Assembly (NCBI RefSeq): GCF_001194135.2
Contig: NC_068987.1
Location: forward strand, 108,058,772 to 108,122,771
From: Octopus bimaculoides
Lineage: Eukaryota
Direction: 5' to 3'
Length of the DNA stretch: 64,000 nt
Below the pieces are notes generated by a model. The model searched no databases and had not been told where the DNA came from. It saw only the letters and a list, made by a program, of their open reading frames with translations. Every line of letters starts with the position of its first letter. Positions within the stretch are counted from its first letter, which is position 1. Both the position numbers and the translations under genes were made by a program. This document shows, one piece after another, positions 26,480-40,635 of the stretch.

Positions 26480-27244
26480 TCATGTTCGTGATTATTAAGT
26501 CCTTCACAACATGTTTAATTCGGGGAGGATTAATCTAACTAGACTAGAGACACATTCAAATATATCTCAGGAAACGGTTGATTGACACATAAACAATAGC
26601 TAAGTTTATGTTAAGAGTAGTTAATACAATAATCATTAACTGAATAGAAATATTTGTTGAATCAATAAAAATGATATTTGGCAATACAATAGTAATATTT
26701 TCATCGTAGCATAATTATCTCCAGCTAGATTTTTAAATACACATTACATCAAATATGTTTCCACTAAGTTATTTAATGCTCCTTGCATTAATTTTGTTTC
26801 TACTAACTTGCGGTATTTCTATACCGATTTCGTCATTTTAAGTTTTGGCAATACATTTATTAAATGTATGGCTTCAAAGAAACTCAAACAAGTTCTGGTT
26901 TTTGAATTTATTGCACAAGACCAAATTAATTCTCACTGTTTTATATATTTTGTGGATTTTCATTTAAGTTCCTGGTTAGTCTCCTATGCGTTTTTAAACA
27001 AACTTCAGCAATCAGGATAACGTTATCAAATTAATGTAAATTAGAACTGATTAAAGTATTTGACATATTACATGTACTATGTCAGCACCACAGTGCCCAT
27101 ATAGTGTCCGAACGCTTAGAATAACTCTTTTTGGTACGGTTGAGGTATTGCCACCGGTGCCTTCTAATTCCATCGAAACTTTACGTACAAAAGAACTTGC
27201 AATATTGTGTTTGCTATTAAAGCGGAAAGCTGCTTGAATCATTA

Positions 27245-27420
27245 ACTTGCTGGGAAAAATGCTTAGCAGCATGTCCTTCGTCTTCACATTCTCAGTACAA
27301 ATTCCACCGAGATCGACTTTGCCTTTCACCTTATAAAATAAGCACCAGTTCAGCACTGGTATCAATGTAATCCTCAGCTCCTTCCTCGAAATCACTGGCC
27401 ATGTGCCAAAATTTGAAACT
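27245..27420 (+). mobile_element. SINE family A copy
   Basis: AAAATGCTTAGCAGCATG...CAAATTCCACCGAGATCGACTTTGCCTTTCACC...GTGCCAAAATTTGAAAC. Confidence 0.75.
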
Positions 27421-28769
27421 AGTATATTTGTTGTGATTTCTCAATCGCTGTTTCCTGCACACATGGCAACATTGACTATATTTCATTTCATTTCCTGTGT
27501 TAGCCTTTTCAATGCTTTGGTGGATCTGAATGAAAAACTATTTTAATTGGTTTTAAGAGAGTAATATACTGATAATTTATTGCACTCAAATAGTCGTCGC
27601 ACCTGCACAACTTTATATAAAATGAAGTCATTGAATTCCTCTAGTATATACCATCGTTATATTATTTCTCATACTGGAAACATATCAGTACTCTAGTATT
27701 TATTGTTGGACTGTGGTTTGTCCGAATATTCTTGCACCAATAGATATACCGATGTTGTGCCTTATTTTACCGATATTAATTTGTTTAATAACGAAGTGTT
27801 ACAGTAAATCTATGAAATAACTAAACGCGAATGCATGTGCTTTACCTGTATACACGTGTGTGTTGGTGCTTGTGCAGGAAGATGTCACGCAAGCGTATGT
27901 GCACATAATGGACGAGATTCTGCCATGAGTCCATCTGCAAAATTTCAAAAACAACTACTGATGTCATTACGTAATTGTTTATTTCTCTTCTCAATAATAA
28001 ACTATTGAATAATTTATTCTATTATATCATAATTTTAGCCAATATATCATAAACACTCTTATTAAGAGGGCATTTGTGGTTCTGCCTGCTAATTTATAGC
28101 ACTAAAATTATATAAAAGTAATGTGTATGCTTGTAAAAATAACTGGAAAATATATATTGTCAAATGATTGATATTCACGTGCACAAATAATGGTTGAATT
28201 ATAGTTATCATATATCATGCAGAGAGTTTTTAAAAAAACTAAAAATGCTTGCAAATACATATCATATAATTGCTCTGTGAATGACATTGGGAGAATATTC
28301 ATATACAGTAAAACTAAATATATTTTACTTCTTTGTATACATACCACAAAAATAAACCACTTCCGATCTAACTGGTACATTAATTCAATACTGCTTAGAC
28401 AGCACATACTTTGTAAGAACGGGTTTCAAATAGGTTATAGCGAAGCGAGAAGTATAACATCTTTAATGACAATTTTAATGAAATCGAGGACTTCACACAT
28501 CTACTTTTAGTTAAGATTTAAAAAAAAAAAACATTGACAATACAAGAGTTAAATAGAATAAATTTGGTTACACAATGTGATTAACATATTAAGTGTGGAT
28601 ATCGTGTTGCGGAAAATATGGAAAACGTACATGAATATATTTTTGTTTTATAATATCAGTTCAATAATTTGTTTTACAGAAAATGTTCATTTCTTGTTTA
28701 TAAAGTCAAGTTTTCCATGTGGATAACGGTCAGCTGCAAACAGAAACGGAATAAATAGATATGATTATT

Positions 28770-28997
28770 TTATATTTTTCTTTATTGCCCACAAGGGGCT
28801 AAACATAGAGGGGACAAACAAGGAATTAAGTCGATTACATCGACCCCAGTGCGTGACTGGTACTTAATTTATTGACCCCGAAATGATGAAAGGCAAAGTC
28901 GACCTCGGCGGAATTTGAACTCAGAACGTAAAGCCAGACGAAATACCGCTAAACATTTCACTCGGCGTGCTAACGTTTCTGCCAGCTCGCTACCTTA
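28770..28997 (-). mobile_element. SINE family A copy, near full length
   Basis: Plus strand: TTTCTTTATTGCCCACAAGGGGCTAAACATAGAGGGGACAAAC...GAAAGGCAAAGTCGACCTCGGCGGAATTTGAACTCAGAACG...GCCAGCTCGC. Confidence 0.9.
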
Positions 28998-30142
28998 TCA
29001 TATGGATATATATTATGATTATTTTATCACACCTTGCTAGTAATGCAATGACCTTTTTCACATGAAATTTGACGCGTAAAATGTAGATCTAATTTGAATT
29101 CACCAACTAAGTCTCTTATACATTTGTACCTTCTTTACTGTCTAATATTCATTCCGTAGCAATCCCGGTTATTTTTGCTTAAGCCATTTAAAAAAAAACA
29201 TATTGCTTTATCTGCAAATGATTGGCCCTAAATCCATGCACAACGTTAAAGTTTTATTAGATTATGGGTATTATTGAATACACTTGCTATTATTAACAAA
29301 ATCTGCCCCTGGTATAAATCTGGAACTACACTTAAGCATTTTGAGCTCTTTTTTTTTCGGAGTACGGGATGACATTCAATATTTTTAATGTTACATAGAA
29401 TAAAATTTCTGTATAACTAATGATTATGTAGGCTCTCGATATTTTGAGTTGAAAGCAAGAACTATTGTTTGTGGTAAGTAAATTATTTGTAAACAATTGA
29501 AAATTTAGCTGATTGAATGAATGACGTCTGTTAAATCTAAGCATTGAATTTATTTATAACAATTGATGGATTTTCAAGTGAAGACGTCACTACAAAGCTG
29601 TCCAATTAGATTTGTTGTAGTTCTTGTAAATAGAGATCATTGTATAAACCAGACAGTGTCATACAGAGAAGAGAACAGGTGCACAACGTTGTCAGGTTTT
29701 ATGTTTGGCAAAGTTTATATACGATGTTGTTTAGCAACCAGTCTTGACAGCATGAAGAGTTTGCAACACAAACGACTAAGACTACTATTAAAAACAGTTA
29801 CACTAAGCCAAGGCCATGAGTCACTCAAGCTCTTTCAACCGCCCATCTCTCTTCGTTTCATTATATATCTTTCTCCCCTACACATAACTACAAAGCATTT
29901 CCAACCAAAGCGCTGCACAATGAGAACTTTCCATCATTATTGTTGGACGTTTACTTCGTATACAAACGAATTTTCTCATCATTGATGTTAAAATTATTCT
30001 GCATTCGCGTTGGGATGAAATATTTCGAAGGAAAGAATATGGTCTACAATGGTATTTACTTTATCGAATATAGATAAATAGAGGCATAGATTTTAAATAT
30101 CACTCACATCAACTCACATTTTTTTTCTTTTTGTCTTTTCAG

Positions 30143-30160
30143 CAAGTACGTGCATGACAG
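30143..30160 (+). other. Candidate 18-nt microexon
   Basis: Two CTCAC branch-like motifs, a long T-rich tract and CAG, then CAAGTACGTGCATGACAG, then GTAGAA. Confidence 0.35.
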
Positions 30161-31226
30161 GTAGAACACACTTAGAGTATAAGTATCTTCTCGAGAGAAA
30201 TTTAGCCAATGCGTCTTTGCTTCTCGTATTTTGCAATATTATGAATATCTTTATCCGCTTCTAATTAACTTTTACTAAAACTTCACACGTTTCAACTAAA
30301 TAATTTCGATACTGGTGGAAGAAGATTAAAAATCTAAGCTTTTAGAAACAGCGTAGAGTATAAATATCTATAATATATCCAATGTCTAACGATTCTAATA
30401 AAACATTGCGAAAAAATAAATTAAATCCTAAAACGAATAAATACCTCCCTATAGAAATGTTCAAATAATATACTGTAAGCAGAACTTAAATCTCAATCAC
30501 CATGACATGACTTCGGCTGCAATAAATAAATACATAGATGTGATAAGTAAATTATATCTAAATGATACCAGATTTTCAAAAACAGTGCCTCAACTGAGTT
30601 CCACGTTAAATGTTTATCGATTATAAATTTTATACAATAACGAAGTTTCTTTGATGGCATACACTTGTAATAAAGGAAAATGGCTCAGCATACACTGGCT
30701 GCATGTGTGTGGCTCTATGTGTCCTAATTGTTCAGCAACTAATTGTTATGTATGCTTATAATTTTAATTCATTATAGAAACAGTGGAGTGATATCCTCCC
30801 TGTCAGGTCTACACAAGTTTCGAATCCTAATCACGGCAATCACTTAAATCTCATCTTTTTTAATTGTTAAAGGACAATATACTTTCGCAAAACAACGTAT
30901 TGCAAGACATTAAACTCTGTCACTCTAAATCGTTACCTTTATTAATTGTACATTACGAAATCCTCTTACACAGCTGCAGTCATCGATAAATAGTTTTTTG
31001 TAAGTTTTCAACACGAGGATACACGCTTCTATTCCCGTCGGCGATCCATATTTACACTCACACGTTGAATGAAATTGAGCCAATGTACACGAAAACTATT
31101 TTAATGTAACCTGTATACATTTTTATATTAAATAAATAGATTGTCATCCTCTCTGATGATAAACTTGTGTTGTTTCTCCGATTTCTGCATCTGGCCTGTG
31201 TCTATAATTTAAAAACCTAAAAATAG

Positions 31227-31570
<344 letters not shown>

Positions 31571-32371
31571 TTTTCTATTACGGACAACTACTTGTAAATT
31601 TGAAATTATAACTTAGATCTATCCATAACGGAATAACATTTCCTAAATCTTAATTTAGTGCATAATTTATCTCTGTATTTTAATATAGTAATGTACTAAT
31701 CGTCTATTTCCCTCCGATAGAGTCCAGTATTGTATGTTTTCTCCATTCATTGCTTCATCCTTTAGTTTTCTTGTTCAGACTTGTAAATTTGATATACATA
31801 CTTGTAAATTTGTTATATATCTCAGATATGTTTAAAAAATGCTATATCCATAGCCGTAAGTACTATTCATCGCCCTTTCATTGGGTAAGGCCCCTTAGAC
31901 AATTCATTCCTTAAATATTTTTATTTTTTGTTTTTATTTGTCTTGTATTTTATTGATAGATTTAACGGACCTGGACAACGCCATTGTTAGCGAACCACTT
32001 AATTTGTAGGATTAACTATTGCCTCACCCTACACTTCATGGGGATATTAGGATGAGGTTTATGTTAATAAGTAATATGTAATAATATCGCACGAAGGTTT
32101 TACCCAAAGTATTCTTTCATTGATATACTTATGTATTGAATTCCCAAAACAAGCCCACATTAGTTAACTTTCTCAAATCTTTTTATGATGCTCTATTAAA
32201 TAGAAGGTAGCCTCAAACCTTCGACCCCTATGATATGGAGCATCCCATTAAACTCACTCCACAACGTCATACCCTAGATATTTCCCCCAGTAAAATTTAT
32301 ATAAGATGTAATTCTCATCATCTGTGGAAATTACTCTATTAACTTATATATATATATATATATATATATAT

Positions 32372-33072
32372 NNNNNNNNNNNNNNNNNNNNNNNNNNNNN
32401 NNNNNNNNNNNNNNNNNNNNNNNNNNNNNNNNNNNNNNNNNNNNNNNNNNNNNNNNNNNNNNNNNNNNNNNNNNNNNNNNNNNNNNNNNNNNNNNNNNNN
32501 NNNNNNNNNNNNNNNNNNNNNNNNNNNNNNNNNNNNNNNNNNNNNNNNNNNNNNNNNNNNNNNNNNNNNNNNNNNNNNNNNNNNNNNNNNNNNNNNNNNN
32601 NNNNNNNNNNNNNNNNNNNNNNNNNNNNNNNNNNNNNNNNNNNNNNNNNNNNNNNNNNNNNNNNNNNNNNNNNNNNNNNNNNNNNNNNNNNNNNNNNNNN
32701 NNNNNNNNNNNNNNNNNNNNNNNNNNNNNNNNNNNNNNNNNNNNNNNNNNNNNNNNNNNNNNNNNNNNNNNNNNNNNNNNNNNNNNNNNNNNNNNNNNNN
32801 NNNNNNNNNNNNNNNNNNNNNNNNNNNNNNNNNNNNNNNNNNNNNNNNNNNNNNNNNNNNNNNNNNNNNNNNNNNNNNNNNNNNNNNNNNNNNNNNNNNN
32901 NNNNNNNNNNNNNNNNNNNNNNNNNNNNNNNNNNNNNNNNNNNNNNNNNNNNNNNNNNNNNNNNNNNNNNNNNNNNNNNNNNNNNNNNNNNNNNNNNNNN
33001 NNNNNNNNNNNNNNNNNNNNNNNNNNNNNNNNNNNNNNNNNNNNNNNNNNNNNNNNNNNNNNNNNNNNNNNN
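32372..33072. other. Assembly gap (N-run)
   Basis: Ns flanked by TA repeats. Confidence 1.
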
Positions 33073-33264
33073 TATATATATATGGGTTTGAGTGTGTATG
33101 TATGTACATGCATAGGTAGAGAAACCCATATCTGACTCCTACGCATACGCACACACGAACACACGAACATATGCCCTCATACCAACGACTATATATTTAC
33201 GTATATAGGTGTGGGTGTGCCTTTATATATCTACCCATGCATACGCCCACACGTATTCTTTATT

Positions 33265-33701
33265 TTTTCTACTCTCGGCACAAAGCTCGAAATTTGGGAG
33301 GAGGGGGGCAGTTGATTACGTCGACCCAGTACACAACAGGAATTTAATTTTATCGACTCCGAAAGGATGAATGATAAAGTTGTGCTCGGCAGAATTTGAA
33401 CTCAGAACGTAAAGGCAGACGAAATACGGCTAAGCATTTCGCCCGGCGTGCTAACGTCTCTGCCAACCCACAGACTTAATGCCCACACATATTTTTCTTT
33501 ATTGCCCACAAGGGGCTAAATATAGAGGGGACAAACAAGGACAGACAAAGGCACTATGTCAATTATACTGAAAACAGTGCTTAACTGATACTTATTTAAT
33601 CGACCCCGACATCGTCGGAATTTGAACTCAGAACATACCGGCAGGCGGAATACTGCTAAACATTTTGCCAGTGGTGCTAGCGTCTCTGCCAGCTCACCGC
33701 A
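33265..33701 (-). mobile_element. Two adjacent SINE family A copies; the second (33494-33701) has an 18-bp target-site duplication
   Basis: Family A motifs occur twice. TSD TTAATGCCCACACATATT (33476-93) versus TTAACGTCCACACATATT (33702-19). Confidence 0.85.
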
Positions 33702-34504
33702 TTAACGTCCACACATATTAAGACATTACGTAACGTACTAATAGCATTTCAGAGGGTAGCATTAAACTGACGTGAACAACTTCCATATGATTACTATATT
33801 TACATATGACTAGAATCTTGAGAAAATATAAACAATAGGTAACTTAGTGTCTACATATTTAATAAAGGAAGAATTAAGTAACTTGAATTGATTAACAAAA
33901 AAAATTTTTTTCATTGTCTGGCTAATTTCTTTCTCTCTTTTTTTTTCCCACACCGAAATTCTTGTTAACTATTTAGTGCTGATTGCATTAGATTAGTTTC
34001 TACGAAGTTACAATATTGCACTATGCCTATGACAATTTGAAAATACTTTTAGTGTGCATTTCATTCGAATGGAACGGAATCATGTTCGAATTTCTGAACC
34101 AGCTCTGTTCAAACTATTCACACAGTTCGTTTTATATTTAATTAATTCTAAGTAATAAAATCCCTGCTTTATCCATCCTTCACTTTTTGACCATATCTAT
34201 CATTACGACATCGAATTTCTTTTCCTCTGACACGTTTAATTTTAATTAATTTATCCTCACTGACTATGTCGGGTGATTTAACATTCTGTTTTGTAAAGTT
34301 TAGCATTTCGAATTCTTAAACTTTTTAATAGCATTAAATACGTACTCTCAGATATACGTGTTAGGAATACTAAAATATATGCCCTTTCCAGTCCTGGCTC
34401 AGATATAATCCCCGGGGAATACCAATGTGTGGTGAAGTTATTTATTTCTGTGTGCTGTTTACCTAAAGTTTGAAAGAATCAAGAATAACAAATACAACTG
34501 CGTT

Positions 34505-34705
34505 AGTCGGCGAGCTGGCAGAATCGTTAGCACGACGGGCAAGATGCTTAGCGGTATTTCGTCAAGCTTTTCGATCTGAGTTCAAATTCTGCTGATGTCA
34601 AATTTCCCTTTCATTATTTCAGGTTGAATTCGTAAGTGCCAGTACAGCACTGGGTACAATGTAATAGACTTACTCACTCCCTATAATGTTCTAGCCTTGT
34701 TTTAA
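34505..34705 (+). mobile_element. SINE family A copy
   Basis: CGGCGAGCTGGCAGAATCGTTAGCACGACGGGCAAGATGCTTAGCGGTATTTCG...GAGTTCAAATTCTGC. Confidence 0.85.
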
Positions 34706-34767
34706 GATACCATGATTAGACGCAAGTTTTTCCGTGACACCTTTATCAAATAATTTATTTGCTATAG

Positions 34768-34817
34768 ATGTTGGTATTCTGAAGATACCAGCTGGATGTC
34801 TTTGTGATCACCTAGCG
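34768..34817 (+). CDS. Candidate 50-nt coding exon (xDVGILKIPAGCLCDHLA)
   Basis: TTTATTTGCTATAG acceptor, consensus donor GCG|GTGAGT, and exactly one open frame. No homology confirmed. Confidence 0.25.
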
Positions 34818-35489
34818 GTGAGTCATTTACGTTGTGGCCATCGTAATCTAGTTTCAATCTTATTGACTGCGTTTTTAATTCATTTATTTACCTATTTTAT
34901 AATGCGGAACATTTTTAAATGAGGTCTGTGATAACATTTATTACGCTTTTCTAATCAGACACGTTATTTTACAGGTTGAAAGGCACCTTTTACTGAAATT
35001 TAATATTCTCTATACATACATTATCAATAACGTAGAGAATCCAGATGAAATAGACTGAATAAAGCAGATATGAATGTAATTTCGGCATAGAAGTGAGTAA
35101 AACGATACAAGCTACAACATAGAACTAAGTCCTCAACTTCATTGTAAGCCAGGTTACTTTTCATTTGAAGATATAGTCATTTATTGCCGGCTGGCATCGT
35201 CTTTCCCAATAATTTATTAAAATGAATATAATATACTATTGAAACATAAGTACATACGTACATACATACTCCCATACACACATACACACATACAAACATA
35301 CATACATACATACATACATACATACATACATACATACATACATACATACATGATACTAAATACATGATACGAAAAAGACGGTTTGGTAATTTCATGTGAA
35401 CAAGCTTCACAAATGATTTCTTTATAGTCATCAACAGTATGTGTTGTATAGTAGCTCGACGTGGCCTGGGCAGTTGCAAGGTTTGCCAT

Positions 35490-35620
35490 GCATCAGGGGC
35501 CGATTTTGATCGTTGAGCAACGGGAAATGAAGTGTTTTACTCAATAACACGACGCACCACCCGATCTAGGAATTGAAACCACTATCTAGCGATCAACAGT
35601 GCAACCACTAAGGCATGCAC
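35490..35620 (-). mobile_element. tRNA-headed SINE (family C) fragment
   Basis: Minus strand: CCTTAGTGGTTG...GGTTTCAATTCCTAGATCGGGTGGTGCGTCGTGTTATTGAGTAAAACACTTCATTTC. Confidence 0.65.
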
Positions 35621-36754
35621 TCTCTCATGTATATATATATATATATACTTATACAGTGTTGCTGAAAGTGACTTCGAAGTTTTGGCCACCTAAGCCATCG
35701 TCGGACTTAGCTGGCCGAAATTTCGGAGTCACTGTCAACAATATTTTTGTATAAGAATTAAAAAAATGTTTCTCTGTAAATATATAGAGTAACTTATCCA
35801 AATTAAGGAGAAATTGTTTTCATTATAACTGAACATAAATACAAACATTAATAAGTGTTTGTATATAGAACTCTATACTTGACACAGACGAGCACATACA
35901 CCCGCATACACATTACCCATGATATCCGCGTTAAATTGTAGTTTCTATTTACTAAAATATACAACCTATTCCAACATTAGTATGAAATAAAAATGAGTCT
36001 ATAATAGACAAAACGTAAGTGTTGAATTTAGAGATTTCATAACTATGAAAGGCTATTTATGTAATATATGAATTTTAGATTACCGCGTCTATGTTTTTAC
36101 TCGCAGCTATACATCAGAGAAGAAAAGAAGGACAAGGAAGATATGATGTGGGTTGCTTTTTGGTTTATTTGTTTTTTGGTCTTTTTGCCGCGGCAATCTA
36201 GATGCTATTCTGCTTAGCACGTTTTGTCTTATAATTTTTCTTTTATATATAAATGTATTCGTTCGCTTTGCTACTTGAAAATGTTCGACAACGTTTAACT
36301 AGAATGTTTACATATGTTTAATATATTTTAGAAGTTTTTAATAACCAATTTCTAATATCTCAGATTCACAAAATCATTTTATAAATATCTAAATCATTGA
36401 GATATTCCAAGTATTCAATACTATTTATATGCCAGATTGACTTTAGAAGTTCAGGTAAATATGAAATAAAAGTAGATAAAAAAAATTATGATACGACAAA
36501 AGAGGATTTGTAAGATACACAGTAACTATAGCTCTTTATCGATGAGCATCCTCCAATAAAATGAAGTTCAATATATGAATAAAACATAGAAGCTGAATAA
36601 TGGCTACGTTGAAACGGGTGGGATTTGGGCTCAGAAATTAAAGGAAAACTAAACGAAAATCCATTTGGCCATCGTTCCACAGCAACTCTTAAATACTAAC
36701 CAATATAACTTTTCATCAACTTGAAATATTTCCTGGCTAATATATATTTTAAAG

Positions 36755-37005
36755 GTGGGGGCGCGTGGCTTAGTGGTTAGGGTGTCAGCGCCATGATCGT
36801 AAGATTGTGGTTTCGATTCCTGAACAGGCCGACGCGTTGTGTTCTTGAGCAAAACACTTCATTTCACGTTGCTCCAGTCCACTCAGCTGGCAAAAATGAG
36901 TCACGCTGCGATGGACTGGCGTCCCGTCCAGCTGGGGAACGCATACGCCATTGAAACCGGGAAACCGGGCCCATGAGCCTGGCTACACTTTAAAAGGGCG
37001 CATTT
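36755..37005 (+). mobile_element. tRNA-headed SINE (family C core) with a V/Meta-like domain and (TTTA)n tail
   Basis: A-box GGCTTAGTGGTTAGG, B-box GGTTTCGATTCC, core GTTGTGTTCTTGAGCAAAACAC, then GCTGCGATGGACTGGCGTCCCGTCCAG, ending CATTTATTTATTTAT. Confidence 0.85.
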
Positions 37006-38704
37006 ATTTATTTATATATTTTAAAGAATTCTAACAAAACCTTCTGTTTCTTTCCCTCTAATCTGTCTTGGAGACATAGCATAATGATCACGGACACCAA
37101 TCTATCTCTGAATAGGTTAAGTAAAATAATTGTGATGTAATCTTAAATATTCTCTTTTTTATTTTATCAAAGATGGTGAGACAGAGAGATGGGCAAAGAC
37201 TTTTCAGCCTGGACTTTGCTTTTAAGTTACCTAGTTTAAATATTTAAAATAACATTAACATTTTATTATCCATTATATTCACACATACTTCTAACAGCCC
37301 CGAAATATTTATGTCCTTAGAAGAACTGAAATTTGTTATTTTTACTGTGCAGCAGCATGAGAATATTTTGACATCAGTGTCTAGTAAACACAGTGTCATT
37401 ATACATGGGATGAAAATATAAACATTTGAATTCAATATCACACCGCAGAAAAACTACATTAAAATTTGTAGATGGTAGTAACAGGATATATGTTAAACAA
37501 TAGCGAGTATTTATCATTCGCTAGGTTGTACTAATTAGCATCCAATTTTCTATTTGAATTTAAGACCAGTTGGGATAAGTCATAAAATCATGAGCATTCT
37601 TTGGGACGCCTACTGCATTCGAAATCATTGTCTTAATTTAATGTCATTTTAAATGATAAATTTATGCATTTACTTGCAGCTGCAATTAGCTAGAGAGTAT
37701 GAAAGCATAAGCTTTTAGCCAGGCTAAATGAGATTTAAATTTTACTCATCACATATTTTATTATCCTTCCTTTCTAGTTTAAAAATGTATTAACCTCTTC
37801 TAACATTTAAACATTTTTCTCTAATATTTTGTATCGTTGATAACATATTTTACAAAATATAATTTCTACACTGTACTTATAAACTTATATTTGCAAATTT
37901 TCTTGTCAAGTATCTAGAATATATAAATATTTAATGTGTTCAAAACTGTCGACAAGTTGGAATTTGGGAAGTTTAGGTAAAATGAAATTCAAATGGAAAA
38001 ATATATTCGTAATACAGCAAAATTTAGTTCTAGACAATGAACAGCACAATTCTTTTGTAGAGGGTTACTAATCATGCACCGGAAAATTATTCGAGTACAT
38101 GATTAGTACATATGTTAATCAATTGCAGAAAGGTAAATTCTAAATTAAAACAGGTATTAATTTAACAGTTGTCTAATCATCTTTTCACCCGAATGTCTAA
38201 GAGGCTTTGGAAACTCTAAATTAGAAAGAAGTGTTCAGACTATGCCATAATATTACACACTTTTCGTATACAAGCCAGCAGGGCACGCTCTGAACGCTCT
38301 AATATTTTCAAAGTGAGCGTACTGGCCACCTCAGACACTCGGCAAAGAGCACTCTTCTGTCCGTAGAGAGAAAAAGAAAGACAATGGAATGCACTAATTA
38401 TTCACTAATTTTGCTTCAACTCATGGTACATCGATACCTCGCGGATAGGATCCAGTACAAATTGCTGTGGTGCATCATTGTTACAGATGTGTCTCGTCCG
38501 GTTATATCTCAAAAGATACCTAGATTTTTAATATCCCTTTCGCTAATATTGATTGGAGTACAATTTGGCAGTTGTCTGTAACTAAACACATTAGCGAGAA
38601 ACTTGTGTTAAAATGAAGAACACTTCTCGTAAAAGTAATAAATTTATTACCATGGATATATTGCATACATACATATACACATACATACATATATATATTT
38701 CTGA

Positions 38705-38950
38705 TAGCTCTTAGATCCTCCAGTACTGTCAACACAACGGGTAACAAGCCGTCTCCAAATATCCCAATTGCTAACCTTCTTCTTTGCTCCATACGGGTGA
38801 ATTCCCATCGCTAGCGTGTGCACCTCAACGGTATAACTCTACGTCTTTCTTGGTATTCCTCTCGGCTTTTTTCGCCTTCCAGTGTCCACTCCATCAAAAT
38901 AGTAGCATGCTTCACAAATTTTCTTGCTGAGTAGGATGATATTTAGACAT
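38705..38950 (-). mobile_element. RTE-clade LINE 3' end remnant
   Basis: Minus-strand translation with one frameshift: WTLEG...RGIPRKT*SYTVE...MG...WDIWRRLV, like the RTE C-terminus W.PEG.R.RGRP..TW..TVE...WR.LV. Followed by a (TATG/TA)n tail. Confidence 0.6.
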
Positions 38951-39350
38951 CCTGTGCAATAGAAATTGTGACATATCACAGGGTGGAGGAACTCAGGAGA
39001 GCAACGGTTATTCGGTATATTAAAGAACCCTCACCGACCGTAATGAAGACAATTCATCGAGGAGCAGGAAATCTTTAGCGTGGACATACAATCATCTGAT
39101 AACATTCCTTTACACAGACAAAATTTTGAAGCTGTTATAGTTTCATAAGGATGGACGATATGCCGCTACGGAATTCACCCACCGCGCTTCGATTTTTCCA
39201 GCTCAGCGCAATACCACTAATAAAATGTTAAAAATAAATGTATATATATACACATACCTATCAATCTATCAGTCTATTATCTATATTCAATATATATGTA
39301 CATATTCTATTTACTACACATAAACACACACAATCACGCACGCACACACA

Positions 39351-39439
<89 letters not shown>

Positions 39440-39786
39440 TCAATCATAACTTTAGTGTTCGTAGTATTGAGCATTAAGTAACTAGAAATACATGCGAATA
39501 AACATCAAACGTTTCTTTATATATGTTGAAAATCGAGAAACTGTGGACAAATATACAAATAGTATGGTGCATTCTATTTTATTTTGCTTTTAGTTTTCAC
39601 ATACCAACAGCAAAAGAAATCTACTCTCCAGTTAGAACAATAATTCAATTGTATTTAAACAGTACGCAGTTTATGAGTAGATATTAGAAATATCACAGAA
39701 AACTGGCGAACAACATTACATAGTTTTTTTTTTAAACTCCAGGCAAAAGAAAGGCGCAAATGTGTCTGAGAACACAGGTCAAAAAT

Positions 39787-39801
39787 ATAGCATTGGAAAT
39801 A

Positions 39802-39877
<76 letters not shown>

Positions 39878-39930
39878 CTCTGTCCCTCTCTACCTCTCTG
39901 TCTCTCTATGTTTATCTCTCTATATCTATC
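39787..39930. repeat. (CT)n-rich microsatellite
   Basis: Directly visible. Confidence 0.95.
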
Positions 39931-40041
39931 TCTTTACGCACACATCATACGCTACCTATATTTCCCTCAATACTCTCTTAATAAACTCTTACTGAACATA
40001 CGTGACAAAATGTCAGTAATCAAACGATATCGCTAAAGTCA

Positions 40042-40084
<43 letters not shown>

Positions 40085-40635
40085 CGGTACACGCGCATAA
40101 TTAATATTAATTCATCTAATGCAAAAGCATTGACTAGAAAAAACTCTGAAGTATTTATCCTCAAAACCTTGAGACAAATATAATCGATATTAATTTTTAC
40201 ATAAATTAAACCAGGGGTACACAGCTAAATAGCTACAGATGCTGAGGTGATGAAAATAAAATTGGCGCATAAGTAATATTACTTTTTCTTCGCTGCACAA
40301 TTACTTCTGGTTATATTTTTATTTTCAATATGTTAAGTTACTTGATCTTCCCCAAACTTTCTGAACTTCAGTACACAATTAGATATCTCCTTGTTTATGA
40401 AGCTTTCTAATATAGAGATATTTTGCTCTCTTTTCTTTATCTCACATCTTTTACTTTTTGTTCAGTTACTGGACTGCGAGTTTGCTGCAGTAATAACTTG
40501 AAGTGAATATTCGAATAATATCTACTCCATTACTCTTTTAAGTATTATATACATGTGTGTGTGTGTGAATAGTTGTTTGCAGATATAATTATTTTGCAGG
40601 CTCCTTTCACCGACGGCGGTTATCATGCGGTATGG

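Noticed and set aside
36442-36456. 15-mer TTTAGAAGTTCAGGT repeated at 46084-46098
   Set aside because: Matches of this length are expected by chance in AT-rich DNA, and the flanks are unrelated.
36755-36830. tRNA-like A/B-box sequences (also 20.7, 46.4, 54.1 and 58.7 kb)
   Set aside because: No complete cloverleaf, and each continues into a SINE body; these are SINE heads, not tRNA genes.
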